Below are positions 50,356 to 57,487 of a stretch of 64,000 nt of DNA, piece by piece (the first letter of the stretch is position 1; each line of letters starts with the position of its first letter). The position numbers and the translations under genes were made by a program. Under the pieces are notes generated by a model that was not told the DNA's origin, did no database searches, and worked only from the letters and a program-made list of their open reading frames with translations. Source of the DNA: an uncultured Gammaproteobacteria bacterium (GTDB lineage: Bacteria > Patescibacteriota > Patescibacteriia > Magasanikbacterales > JBBTQS01); assembly GCA_964627525.1 (NCBI GenBank), contig CAZVIA010000001.1, forward strand, positions 8,007 to 72,006, read 5' to 3'.

Positions 50356-51774
50356 ATGTCGAGCCTTACCGCAGTAGTCGTGACCGAGCAGACCGACGAC
50401 ACCACCACCACGACCGAGGTGGAGGCCACCGTGGCCACCACCGACGTCGAGGTGATGCAGAACGACCAGGGGCTCGAGGCGCAAGACGCGTCCGAGCCGA
50501 CCTTCGGCCAGAAGGTCGAAGGGCTCTGCGCGCAGATCGACCCCGAGCTGGAGTGCTCGGGAGAGGGTTGCGAGCGTAGCCGTCGAGACGGCTACGTAGG
50601 AACGTTCCTGTTCCCGCCGGTCGCCCGCATGGGTGACATCCTCAGTCAACTGGCTGAGGAGGATGGTGGGGGGCGCCAGCGCGTGGAGGTCGGAGTGACC
50701 GACATCAGCGAGTTCGCACGGTGTCGTTCCTGCGCCACGCAGGAGCACAACCAGGAACTCGACCGCATCGTCGGAGGCATCCTCTCGCGTCAGGCCAAAA
50801 AGGCTCGTTCGGAAGAGCTCAGGGTGGCACTCAAGGACGAACTCGGGTTCGTCGAGTGCACGCACGAGGATTGCGGCTGCCTGATCTACGTCGAGGAGCC
50901 CTCGCGGAACGTTTTGGTGGCCACTTTCGGCAACCAGATCCCGCGGCGGTTGTACCCGGCGTTCGTGCCGAGTCTCGCCTCTCTCCGTGAGGAGTTGGAG
51001 CGCGACGCGACGGTCGAGGATCTCGTTTCCCGCGCACGATGCGCAGGTCACGCGGACACCTTGGCAAAGGGGTCGAGCAAGTGGCACAAGGCCAGCTCGA
51101 CCTTGGGGTTGATGCGTCAGGAGCTCGCGGATCGCGAGTGGCGCAACAACATCAACGGTTTGCTGCGCGGTGCCGGGGCGGAGCTGTGCTCGTGTTGTGG
51201 CGACCGGGCAGTCTTCCCCCACCAGGACGAGATGGTCAGTCACGAGCAGGCCGTTCGGATCTTCGGTTGTGAGGGCGACGTGCCCCAGCAGTCGGACCTC
51301 GTCGGGTACTGTTTGCCCGTCGAGTGGTTCGAACGACAGGGTGTGGTGATCCTGTCCGAGCGCGACCTCTTCTCGCACATGATGTGCAAGAAGTGCGCTA
51401 TCCAGTCCGGTAAGGAATACCGGTCCGGGCTCGAGCAGCGCGAGGCTGAGGGTGACTGGGAGAACGTGAAGGCCAGGGACATCAACGGTCCAATGTTCTT
51501 CAAGTTCACGGCAACGTGGAACCGGCTGGAGCGCGAGTTGCGCGGCAGCCGGGGAAGCGACCAGGGCTCGAGTTCGGGCTTGACTCGCGAGCAGCGTCAC
51601 CAGACCGGCGGTGCCTTCGGTAACGCGGCGAACATGGGTTCGTCGAGCTACCGCAAGGACAAGTCCGAGAAGCGGAGTGCGGACAAGGAGTTCCGTGACC
51701 TGCAGAAGGGCGACGAGACTGGCCGTACGGGTCGGTCGAAGGAGCAGAAGAATGGGGGTAAGAAGGACAAGTAG
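50356..51774 (+). CDS. High-GC Cys-rich hypothetical protein (ORFan; multiple CxxC-like knuckles, Thr-rich N-terminus, disordered basic C-terminus)
   Basis: GC3-biased codons on the + strand and an AAGGGGA SD before the ATG at 50356. The antisense 420-aa ORF is a typical high-GC shadow. The ORF-track start at 50269 lies in lower-GC sequence. Confidence 0.6.
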   Translation: MSSLTAVVVTEQTDDTTTTTEVEATVATTDVEVMQNDQGLEAQDASEPTFGQKVEGLCAQIDPELECSGEGCERSRRDGYVGTFLFPPVARMGDILSQLAEEDGGGRQRVEVGVTDISEFARCRSCATQEHNQELDRIVGGILSRQAKKARSEELRVALKDELGFVECTHEDCGCLIYVEEPSRNVLVATFGNQIPRRLYPAFVPSLASLREELERDATVEDLVSRARCAGHADTLAKGSSKWHKASSTLGLMRQELADREWRNNINGLLRGAGAELCSCCGDRAVFPHQDEMVSHEQAVRIFGCEGDVPQQSDLVGYCLPVEWFERQGVVILSERDLFSHMMCKKCAIQSGKEYRSGLEQREAEGDWENVKARDINGPMFFKFTATWNRLERELRGSRGSDQGSSSGLTREQRHQTGGAFGNAANMGSSSYRKDKSEKRSADKEFRDLQKGDETGRTGRSKEQKNGGKKDK

Positions 51775-52511
51775 TCCTTCTCTTGCCTAGCACGAAGCTA
51801 GGTATCCGCGCTCTCTGCTCATAATCCCACACGCTCAAGGTTTGAACACCTAGTGTGGTCCACATCCAGTTCTTGGATGTGAAGGTGAAGTGATATGTTA
51901 CATACCCCAAATATTACATATCATTTCACAGCAGATCTGTTCTAGGTCTGCGACAACGTGGATGGGGTGTACGATTAACGCGTATACCCCTGTCCCATTC
52001 TGTAGTGTATTAGGGAATTGGAGGAAAAAACACTCCAAAAGTTTGCCCAAGGGATACACTGTAGATAGGACAAGGTCCAGATTCTTGCGCTAACGACGAA
52101 AACGCGCCTGAACAAGAGGCCACTAGCACATACAAAATAAGGGAGGGAGATTACAGTCGTGCTTGCACGATTACTCAAACCGGATTAGGTATGTTGCTGA
52201 CAGTAGCATCCTCATCCCGATCTAGGGAAAGAGGAAGCATGTCACACACGAAAGCGCCGGCGGACTCTTCCGTCGTCAATAGACCGTTCAAAGTCCTACG
52301 GGGCCGCGACGGAACACAAGGTAAATACCTAGGGGAGACGAGAGTTTGAACTTTGAAGAACCCTGACTATAACGTTTAGTCAGTTAGTAGCCAATGCAGA
52401 GAACCATCCTCCCAAACCCCCAGCAAGGCAAGTGCACTTTATATCCCCCAACTCTCTCCTTGTCTTGCTAGGGGTGTACAGAACCCGTTATTAATTTAGC
52501 GGGTTTTGTGT
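51775..52511 (+). other. ~730-nt ORF-free, mid-GC structured region ending in a rho-independent terminator; candidate long ncRNA, 3' UTR or decayed gene
   Basis: No ORF over 70 aa on either strand. Many local hairpins (cctagc-acgaa-gctagg; cacatcca-gttct-tggatgtg; ttccgtcg...cgacggaa). Ends aacccg-ttattaatttag-cgggtt + T-run. Confidence 0.4.
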
Positions 52512-52541
52512 TTTTAAAAAATCCCACGAAATTATATATAA

Positions 52542-52570
52542 AAGTTATTACTTGCCAAAATACAAAGCAT
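52542..52570 (+). promoter_or_regulatory. hup promoter TTGCCA-N17-TATACT
   Basis: cttgccaaaatacaaagcattatatatact. Confidence 0.5.
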
Positions 52571-52618
52571 TATATATACTTTTCGTGTAATTGTTAATAA
52601 CCTTTAAGCCAAAAATTT

Positions 52619-52903
52619 ATGGGCAAAGGACTTACAAAGACACAGTTCATGGCTGAGCTGTCAGAAAAATGGGGTGTTTCTAAAAAAGAAGCAACTGAAA
52701 TGTTTGAAGCTTTTGTGGAGCTTGCATTTGACCGCGCTAAGTCAGACGGTGAAATAATGCTTCCAGGTATGGGTAAGCTTGTAAAAGCTCACCGCAAAGC
52801 TCGTATGGGTCGTAACCCTGCAACTGGTGAGGAAATTCATATTCCTGCAAAAACAGTTGCTAAGTTCCGTCTTGCAAAAGCAGCTAAAGAAGCAATTTTG
52901 TAA
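52619..52903 (+). CDS. hup: DNA-binding protein HU
   Basis: LPGMGKL..RKARMGRNPATGEEIHIPAKTVAKF HU arm. Confidence 0.9.
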   Translation: MGKGLTKTQFMAELSEKWGVSKKEATEMFEAFVELAFDRAKSDGEIMLPGMGKLVKAHRKARMGRNPATGEEIHIPAKTVAKFRLAKAAKEAIL

Positions 52904-52919
52904 AACTGTTTCAAGAATT

Positions 52920-52952
52920 AAAAAACCGCCCGTAGTATTGGGTGGTTTTTTA
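52920..52952. terminator. Bidirectional terminator between the convergent HU genes
   Basis: aaccgccc-gtagtatt-gggtggtt flanked by A- and T-runs. Confidence 0.6.
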
Positions 52953-52995
52953 ATTTAGTATAAATTTTTATTTTTAGTTTTAGTTTTTAAAATTT

Positions 52996-53397
52996 TTACA
53001 TCAAAGTTTCGCCAGATGGCTCAGGTTCAGTTTTTTCTGTATCTGGTTCAGGTGTTGGAGTTGAAGCAGGGGGTGGTGTTGTAGAGGTGGTAGGAGTAGT
53101 AGATCCAGAACCAGCTTGAGAATTTTTTAAAGCATCTTTTAAATTTTTTCCAGTTTTAAACTTAGCAACTTTAGTTGGTTTGATTTCAATTTTTTGTGAA
53201 GTGTTTTGTGGATTAACTCCAACACGACCTTTTCGCACGCGAGCGGAAAAAGTTCCAAAACCAGCAAGTACAACATCAGCATCTTTTTTAAGTTGCTCTG
53301 TTGTGATTTCTACAAAAGCCTCAACCATGTCTTCGGCTTCTTTTTTGTTTACGCCAACGCGCGCAGCAATTGCTTCTGCTAATTGTGTTTTGTTCAT
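52996..53397 (-). CDS. HU-family paralog with a Pro/Thr-rich acidic C-terminal tail
   Basis: HU fold (GFGTFSARVRKGRVGVNPQN) plus a ~45-aa PT-rich extension. Confidence 0.8.
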   Translation of the reverse strand: MNKTQLAEAIAARVGVNKKEAEDMVEAFVEITTEQLKKDADVVLAGFGTFSARVRKGRVGVNPQNTSQKIEIKPTKVAKFKTGKNLKDALKNSQAGSGSTTPTTSTTPPPASTPTPEPDTEKTEPEPSGETLM

Positions 53398-53477
53398 AAT
53401 TTTCTTTTATTAATAAAAAATTATTGTGCCCAGATTATATCATAAAACAGTAAATTTAGCAGATGGCAGTCTATATC

Positions 53478-53506
53478 TTGCCAAAATTCACCATATGTGT
53501 TATAGT
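53478..53506 (+). promoter_or_regulatory. rny promoter TTGCCA-N17-TGT-TATAGT-CCCA
   Basis: cttgccaaaattcaccatatgtgttatagtccca. Confidence 0.6.
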
Positions 53507-53656
53507 CCCAGTACTAATTTTTAATATAAACTCCTGAAGTAGAAGATATAGTTGGATCTGATTGAATATGCTAAAAAACATTCTAAATTTTGGAAAAAAT
53601 TCAGCTCTAACCGCTTTGTAAAAAGCGTAGTTTTCTATTTTAGGGTTACCTAAAAT

Positions 53657-55180
53657 ATGAACCCAATTATTATTTTATCTATTATAGCAGCTGCCGCAGT
53701 TGGAGCTGTTATTGGATATTTGTTAAGAAAACAAATTGCAGCTGCAAATGCAAATTCTGTTGAAGCAATAGCAGATAAATTGCTTACTCAAGCAAAAACA
53801 AAACAGCAACAGATTTTGATTGATGGAAAAGACAAAGCAATGAAGCTTTTGGATGAAACTAAGAAAGAAGATGAAGAACGTCGTCGTGAGTCGCGTAAAA
53901 CACAAGATCGTTTGGAAAAGCGTGAAAATATGTTTGATCAAAAACTTTTGGAATTTCAAGATCGCCAAGACAAGTTAAAAGATCAAATTGAGTTGGTAAA
54001 ATCAAAAGCAAAAGAAGTTGAAACAATTCGTGAACAAGAAATTCAAAAATTAGAAGGTATTTCTCGTTTGTCTCAAAAAGAAGCTAAAGAAGAGCTTTAT
54101 GTTTTGGTAGAAAAAAACTCAAAAGAAGATTTGCTTGCCCGTACAATGAAATTAGAACATGACACTTCTGAAGAAATGGATCGTCGTGCAAATAGAATTT
54201 TGAGCACAGTAATGGAGCGTTATGCTGCTTCGTGTGTTTCTGAAAATGCAACAACAGTTGTGGATATCCCAAATGAAGAAATGAAGGGAAGAATTATTGG
54301 TAAGGAAGGGCGTAACATTAGAACGATTGAGCGAATGACTGGTTGTGAATTAATTATTGATGAAACTCCGGGAGTTGTAACTATTTCAAGTTATTCTCCA
54401 ATTCGTCGTCAGGTGGCGCGTTTGTCTTTGGAAAAATTAGTAAAAGATGGGCGAATTCATCCAGCGCGTGTTGAGTCTTTTGTTGAAGAGTCTAAAAAAG
54501 AATTGGCTCTTGATATTAAAAAAGCTGGTGAAGAAGTTTTGTATGAGTTGGGGATTACTAGTGTTGATCCTAAATTAGTTTCTATTTTAGGTCGTTTGAA
54601 ATACCGTACAAGTTATGGACAAAACCAATTGAATCACGCAAAAGAAGTTGCATACATGTGTGCAATGTTGGCCAAGGAATTAGGAGCAGATGTTAAAGCT
54701 GCAAAAATTGCTGGTTTGTTTCATGATATTGGAAAGGCTGTGGATCATGAAACTCAAGGTGGTCACCCTGAGATAGGTTTTACAATAATGAAGAAGTTTA
54801 ATTATCCAGAAGAGATTGCATATTGTTGCATAGCTCATCATGAGGATAAACCAACTACTTTGTTAGGGTCTATTTCAAAAGTTGCTGATGCATTGTCTGG
54901 TGCGCGTCCAGGTGCTCGTCGTGATTCTCATGAACAATATATTCAACGTTTGGAAGATTTGGAAAATATTGCTTTGCGACACGAGGGTGTGGATAAAGCT
55001 TTTGCAATTCAAGCTGGTCGTGAGATTAGAGTGTTTATTGATCCAAAGAAATTGGATGATTATGGTTCTTACAACTTAGCAAAACAAATTGCAAATGAAA
55101 TTTCAGCAGAAATGCAATATCCTGGAGAAATTAGAGTTGTTGCAATTAGAGAAACTAGGGTGATTGAGTACGCAAAATAA
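53657..55180 (+). CDS. rny: Ribonuclease Y
   Basis: N-terminal TM, coiled coil, KH (GKEGRNIRTIE) and HD (HDIGKA) domains. Confidence 0.9.
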   Translation: MNPIIILSIIAAAAVGAVIGYLLRKQIAAANANSVEAIADKLLTQAKTKQQQILIDGKDKAMKLLDETKKEDEERRRESRKTQDRLEKRENMFDQKLLEFQDRQDKLKDQIELVKSKAKEVETIREQEIQKLEGISRLSQKEAKEELYVLVEKNSKEDLLARTMKLEHDTSEEMDRRANRILSTVMERYAASCVSENATTVVDIPNEEMKGRIIGKEGRNIRTIERMTGCELIIDETPGVVTISSYSPIRRQVARLSLEKLVKDGRIHPARVESFVEESKKELALDIKKAGEEVLYELGITSVDPKLVSILGRLKYRTSYGQNQLNHAKEVAYMCAMLAKELGADVKAAKIAGLFHDIGKAVDHETQGGHPEIGFTIMKKFNYPEEIAYCCIAHHEDKPTTLLGSISKVADALSGARPGARRDSHEQYIQRLEDLENIALRHEGVDKAFAIQAGREIRVFIDPKKLDDYGSYNLAKQIANEISAEMQYPGEIRVVAIRETRVIEYAK

Positions 55181-55202
55181 TTGTTAGGAAAGTTTAATAA
55201 AA

Positions 55203-55232
55203 CAGCCGTCGTGTTTGGCGGTTGTTTTTTTA
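55203..55232 (+). terminator. Terminator after rny
   Basis: cagccg-tcgtgttt-ggcggttg followed by a T-run. Confidence 0.55.
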
Positions 55233-55399
55233 ATAAAAAATAATCCTACCGAGGTAAGGGTTCTTTACTTGACTAAGCGAAGCAACAAGCCCTAATGCTT
55301 GGCATTGGGGTGCGCCAGAGCAACCTAAACTTGACAAACTTCTTTAAATAAATTAAACTACCAAACGTTGCGCCGGCCTGAAAAAAGAGGAGGGTTTAC

Positions 55400-55711
55400 T
55401 TGGCACAGCAAACCTCAATAGTTCGTTGTCAGTGTTGTAACTACACTGGCCCTGGTTCCCATTTCCAAACACCACCGATCACCTCGATCGTTGGTAGTAG
55501 GAAGAGTGGTCTTTCCAGAGAAGATGTGCACAACAATGCGTTTTGCCGTCGGCATCTTGGTGAGATCGTGGGTGAACCAGTTGATTTCATGGCAGCTCTT
55601 CGCAAAGTGACTAGGGGATCACGTCGGGGAGTTCGCAGAGATCGTGTTTCTGATACAAGGGTGCGTCACGGTGGCAACCGTCGTCGTAGCCGAGGTGCTT
55701 TGCATCCGTAG
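55400..55711 (+). CDS. Small basic Cys/His-containing hypothetical protein (TTG start) on a GC-rich islet
   Basis: AAGAGGAGGG SD 8 nt upstream of TTG; Arg-rich C-terminus; CQCC...C...H; GC above local background. Confidence 0.45.
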   Translation: MAQQTSIVRCQCCNYTGPGSHFQTPPITSIVGSRKSGLSREDVHNNAFCRRHLGEIVGEPVDFMAALRKVTRGSRRGVRRDRVSDTRVRHGGNRRRSRGALHP

Positions 55712-55870
55712 GACATTGGTGGTGTGGTGGAGGATATGGTGGTTCTGAATTAGAACTGGATTCCCAACACCCTAACACCACAACCGAACAACAAGAAAGT
55801 GTTTTGGATAAGTCGAGCCTATATTATACTCGCAGCCCCAGAACGCTTTTTCTTTTTATTTGATTTTTGT

Positions 55871-55899
55871 GGGCGAAATTTGTAAAGCAAATTTCGCCC
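55871..55899. repeat. Palindromic hairpin element gggcgaaatttg-taaagc-aaatttcgccc (copy 2); bidirectional terminator for truB and the small gene
   Basis: Stem identical, loop differs by 1 nt, to 44796-44825. Confidence 0.6.
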
Positions 55900-55908
55900 A
55901 ATATAATA

Positions 55909-56619
55909 TTAGTTTACCTTTTTTACACCCTCTTTTACATCCTCAATTTTTTGAGCATCTTTTAATTTATATTTACCAATTCTTGTGCGTGTTAATTCTT
56001 CAGCATAAGCACCGCATCCTAATTCTTGTCCAATATCATGTACCAAAGTTCTTATATAAGTTCCAGTACCACAAATAACTTTTAAGCGCGCGCGGGTTTC
56101 ATCAAAATCCAGTAATTCTATTTTTTTAATAAAAATTTTTACTGGCTCGCGCGCGATTTCCTGACCTTTGCGTGCTAAATTATATAATTTTTGGCCTTTG
56201 ATTTTTTTAGCTGAAAACATTGGTGGAATTTGTTGGATTTTGCCGATGAATTTTGGCAAAATATTTTTAATGTCTTGAGAAGTTATTTTTGTTGAGGGTT
56301 TTGTTTTTTGGGAAGATTTAGAAGGTTCTGAATTTTCAGAAAATTGGGAAAATTTTGTTTTCAAAATTTTCCCATCAATATCCTGTGTATCACTCACAAA
56401 ACCAAATTTAGTCACAACCTCATATTCTTTTTCCATTGCTTTAAATTCATCTAATTTTCGCGTAAATTCTCGGCCAACACCAATAATAAGCAAACCTGTT
56501 GCAAAAGGATCTAAAGTGCCTGCATGGCCTATTTTCTTTTCACCTAGTAAATTGCGTAGTTTTGCAACAATATCGTGTGAAGTCCAATTTTTTGGCTTAT
56601 TTATCAGTAAAAAACCCAT
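55909..56619 (-). CDS. truB: tRNA pseudouridine(55) synthase
   Basis: GFLLINKPKNWTSHDIV...GHAGTLDPFATGLL. Confidence 0.9.
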   Translation of the reverse strand: MGFLLINKPKNWTSHDIVAKLRNLLGEKKIGHAGTLDPFATGLLIIGVGREFTRKLDEFKAMEKEYEVVTKFGFVSDTQDIDGKILKTKFSQFSENSEPSKSSQKTKPSTKITSQDIKNILPKFIGKIQQIPPMFSAKKIKGQKLYNLARKGQEIAREPVKIFIKKIELLDFDETRARLKVICGTGTYIRTLVHDIGQELGCGAYAEELTRTRIGKYKLKDAQKIEDVKEGVKKVN

Positions 56620-56677
56620 ATTTAGTGCACAATTAACCTATATTTAACAATATTTATTTTAATATAGCGTATTTTCC

Positions 56678-56706
56678 TTGACAATAAAAGCTGTATGTGC
56701 TATGTT
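56678..56706 (+). promoter_or_regulatory. Promoter TTGACA-N17-TGC-TATGTT
   Basis: ccttgacaataaaagctgtatgtgctatgtt. Confidence 0.55.
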
Positions 56707-56757
56707 TATATATCAACGATCACCACTATAGGGTCAGAAGACCCAAAGGAGTGCATC

Positions 56758-57258
56758 ATGGTGAGTCAGAGATTGATAAATAATCCTGGGGTTTGTATGG
56801 CAAGTCAGCTGTACTTTCTAGGGATTTGTCTAAAATCAGTGCTAATAGGCACTGTTAATGGCTCGCGTCATGCTGATGCCATGCGGATGCGGATGCAAAT
56901 TGCATTTGTTTACCAGCAGGCAGAAAAAGGCGGAGTCCTAACGAGAAAAATCAAGAATTTGTTGTTGAGAGTAGGTAATTTTCTTGGTGATTCTACATTG
57001 TGGGATAGAAAAGATTTGGTTCACGGACTTGCTGGTCAGTTGAATTTGGCTGCAAATCATTTTTTTCCCGAAGAGCTGGATGAACATCTGGAGCCCCTCT
57101 CAACAGAAATTGTTGTGGAGAGTGAGGTTGAGCCTGAGTTTCCTCGGCCACCGACTCCGATGTACAAGGAGGTAGAGCCTGCTAGGTCTGCATCTCCTCC
57201 AGCTAGTGCCCTTAATCTGATCAGAGAAACGATCGTTGGTGCAAGAGCAGTATCTTGA
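56758..57258 (+). CDS. Hypothetical protein (ORFan, ~166 aa) with a Pro/Glu-rich C-terminus
   Basis: AAGGAG SD 7 nt before the ATG at 56758 (the ORF-track start at 56695 lacks an SD); followed by a double hairpin terminator. Confidence 0.45.
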   Translation: MVSQRLINNPGVCMASQLYFLGICLKSVLIGTVNGSRHADAMRMRMQIAFVYQQAEKGGVLTRKIKNLLLRVGNFLGDSTLWDRKDLVHGLAGQLNLAANHFFPEELDEHLEPLSTEIVVESEVEPEFPRPPTPMYKEVEPARSASPPASALNLIRETIVGARAVS

Positions 57259-57332
57259 TTTACAACTACAAAGAGAAACAAGCATCTTACAGTGAGTATT
57301 TGATAACGACACCGTTGATGCTTGAAAATAGT

Positions 57333-57392
57333 CCCACAGGACAACAATTCTGTGGGGCTTTTCTATTTTTTCCCAAAAAAATAGAAAAGCCC
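57333..57392 (+). terminator. Tandem hairpin terminator
   Basis: cccacag-gacaacaattc-ctgtggg, then a 17-bp perfect IR gggcttttctatttttt/aaaaaatagaaaagccc. Confidence 0.55.
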
Positions 57393-57450
57393 GATTAAAC
57401 CCTCTTTTTCCAAAAAATTTTCCCTCAAAAATCCAAAATTTATCTAAACC

Positions 57451-57478
57451 TTGCAAAAATTACGCATTTTGCTATAAT
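57451..57478 (+). promoter_or_regulatory. infB promoter TTGCAA-N16-TGC-TATAAT-CCCA
   Basis: The -10 ends 9 nt before the infB ATG, so the predicted leader is 3 nt or less. Confidence 0.55.
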
Positions 57479-57487
57479 CCCAGCACT

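Noticed and set aside
50338-51600. 420-aa minus-strand ORF fully antisense to the high-GC gene
   Set aside because: Leu/Arg/Ala-rich shadow ORF typical of the antisense of GC3-rich genes; the + strand has the codon bias and an SD
52100-52511. Possible tmRNA or RNase P RNA in the island tail (12-mer aacgacgaaaac as in the E. coli ssrA tag; acagaacccg and aaagtcc like RNase P CR-V/CR-I)
   Set aside because: No tRNA-like acceptor/T-arm, no resume-codon/ALAA-stop tag frame, and the P4 pairing partners are absent; the matches are isolated, so left as unexplained rather than called
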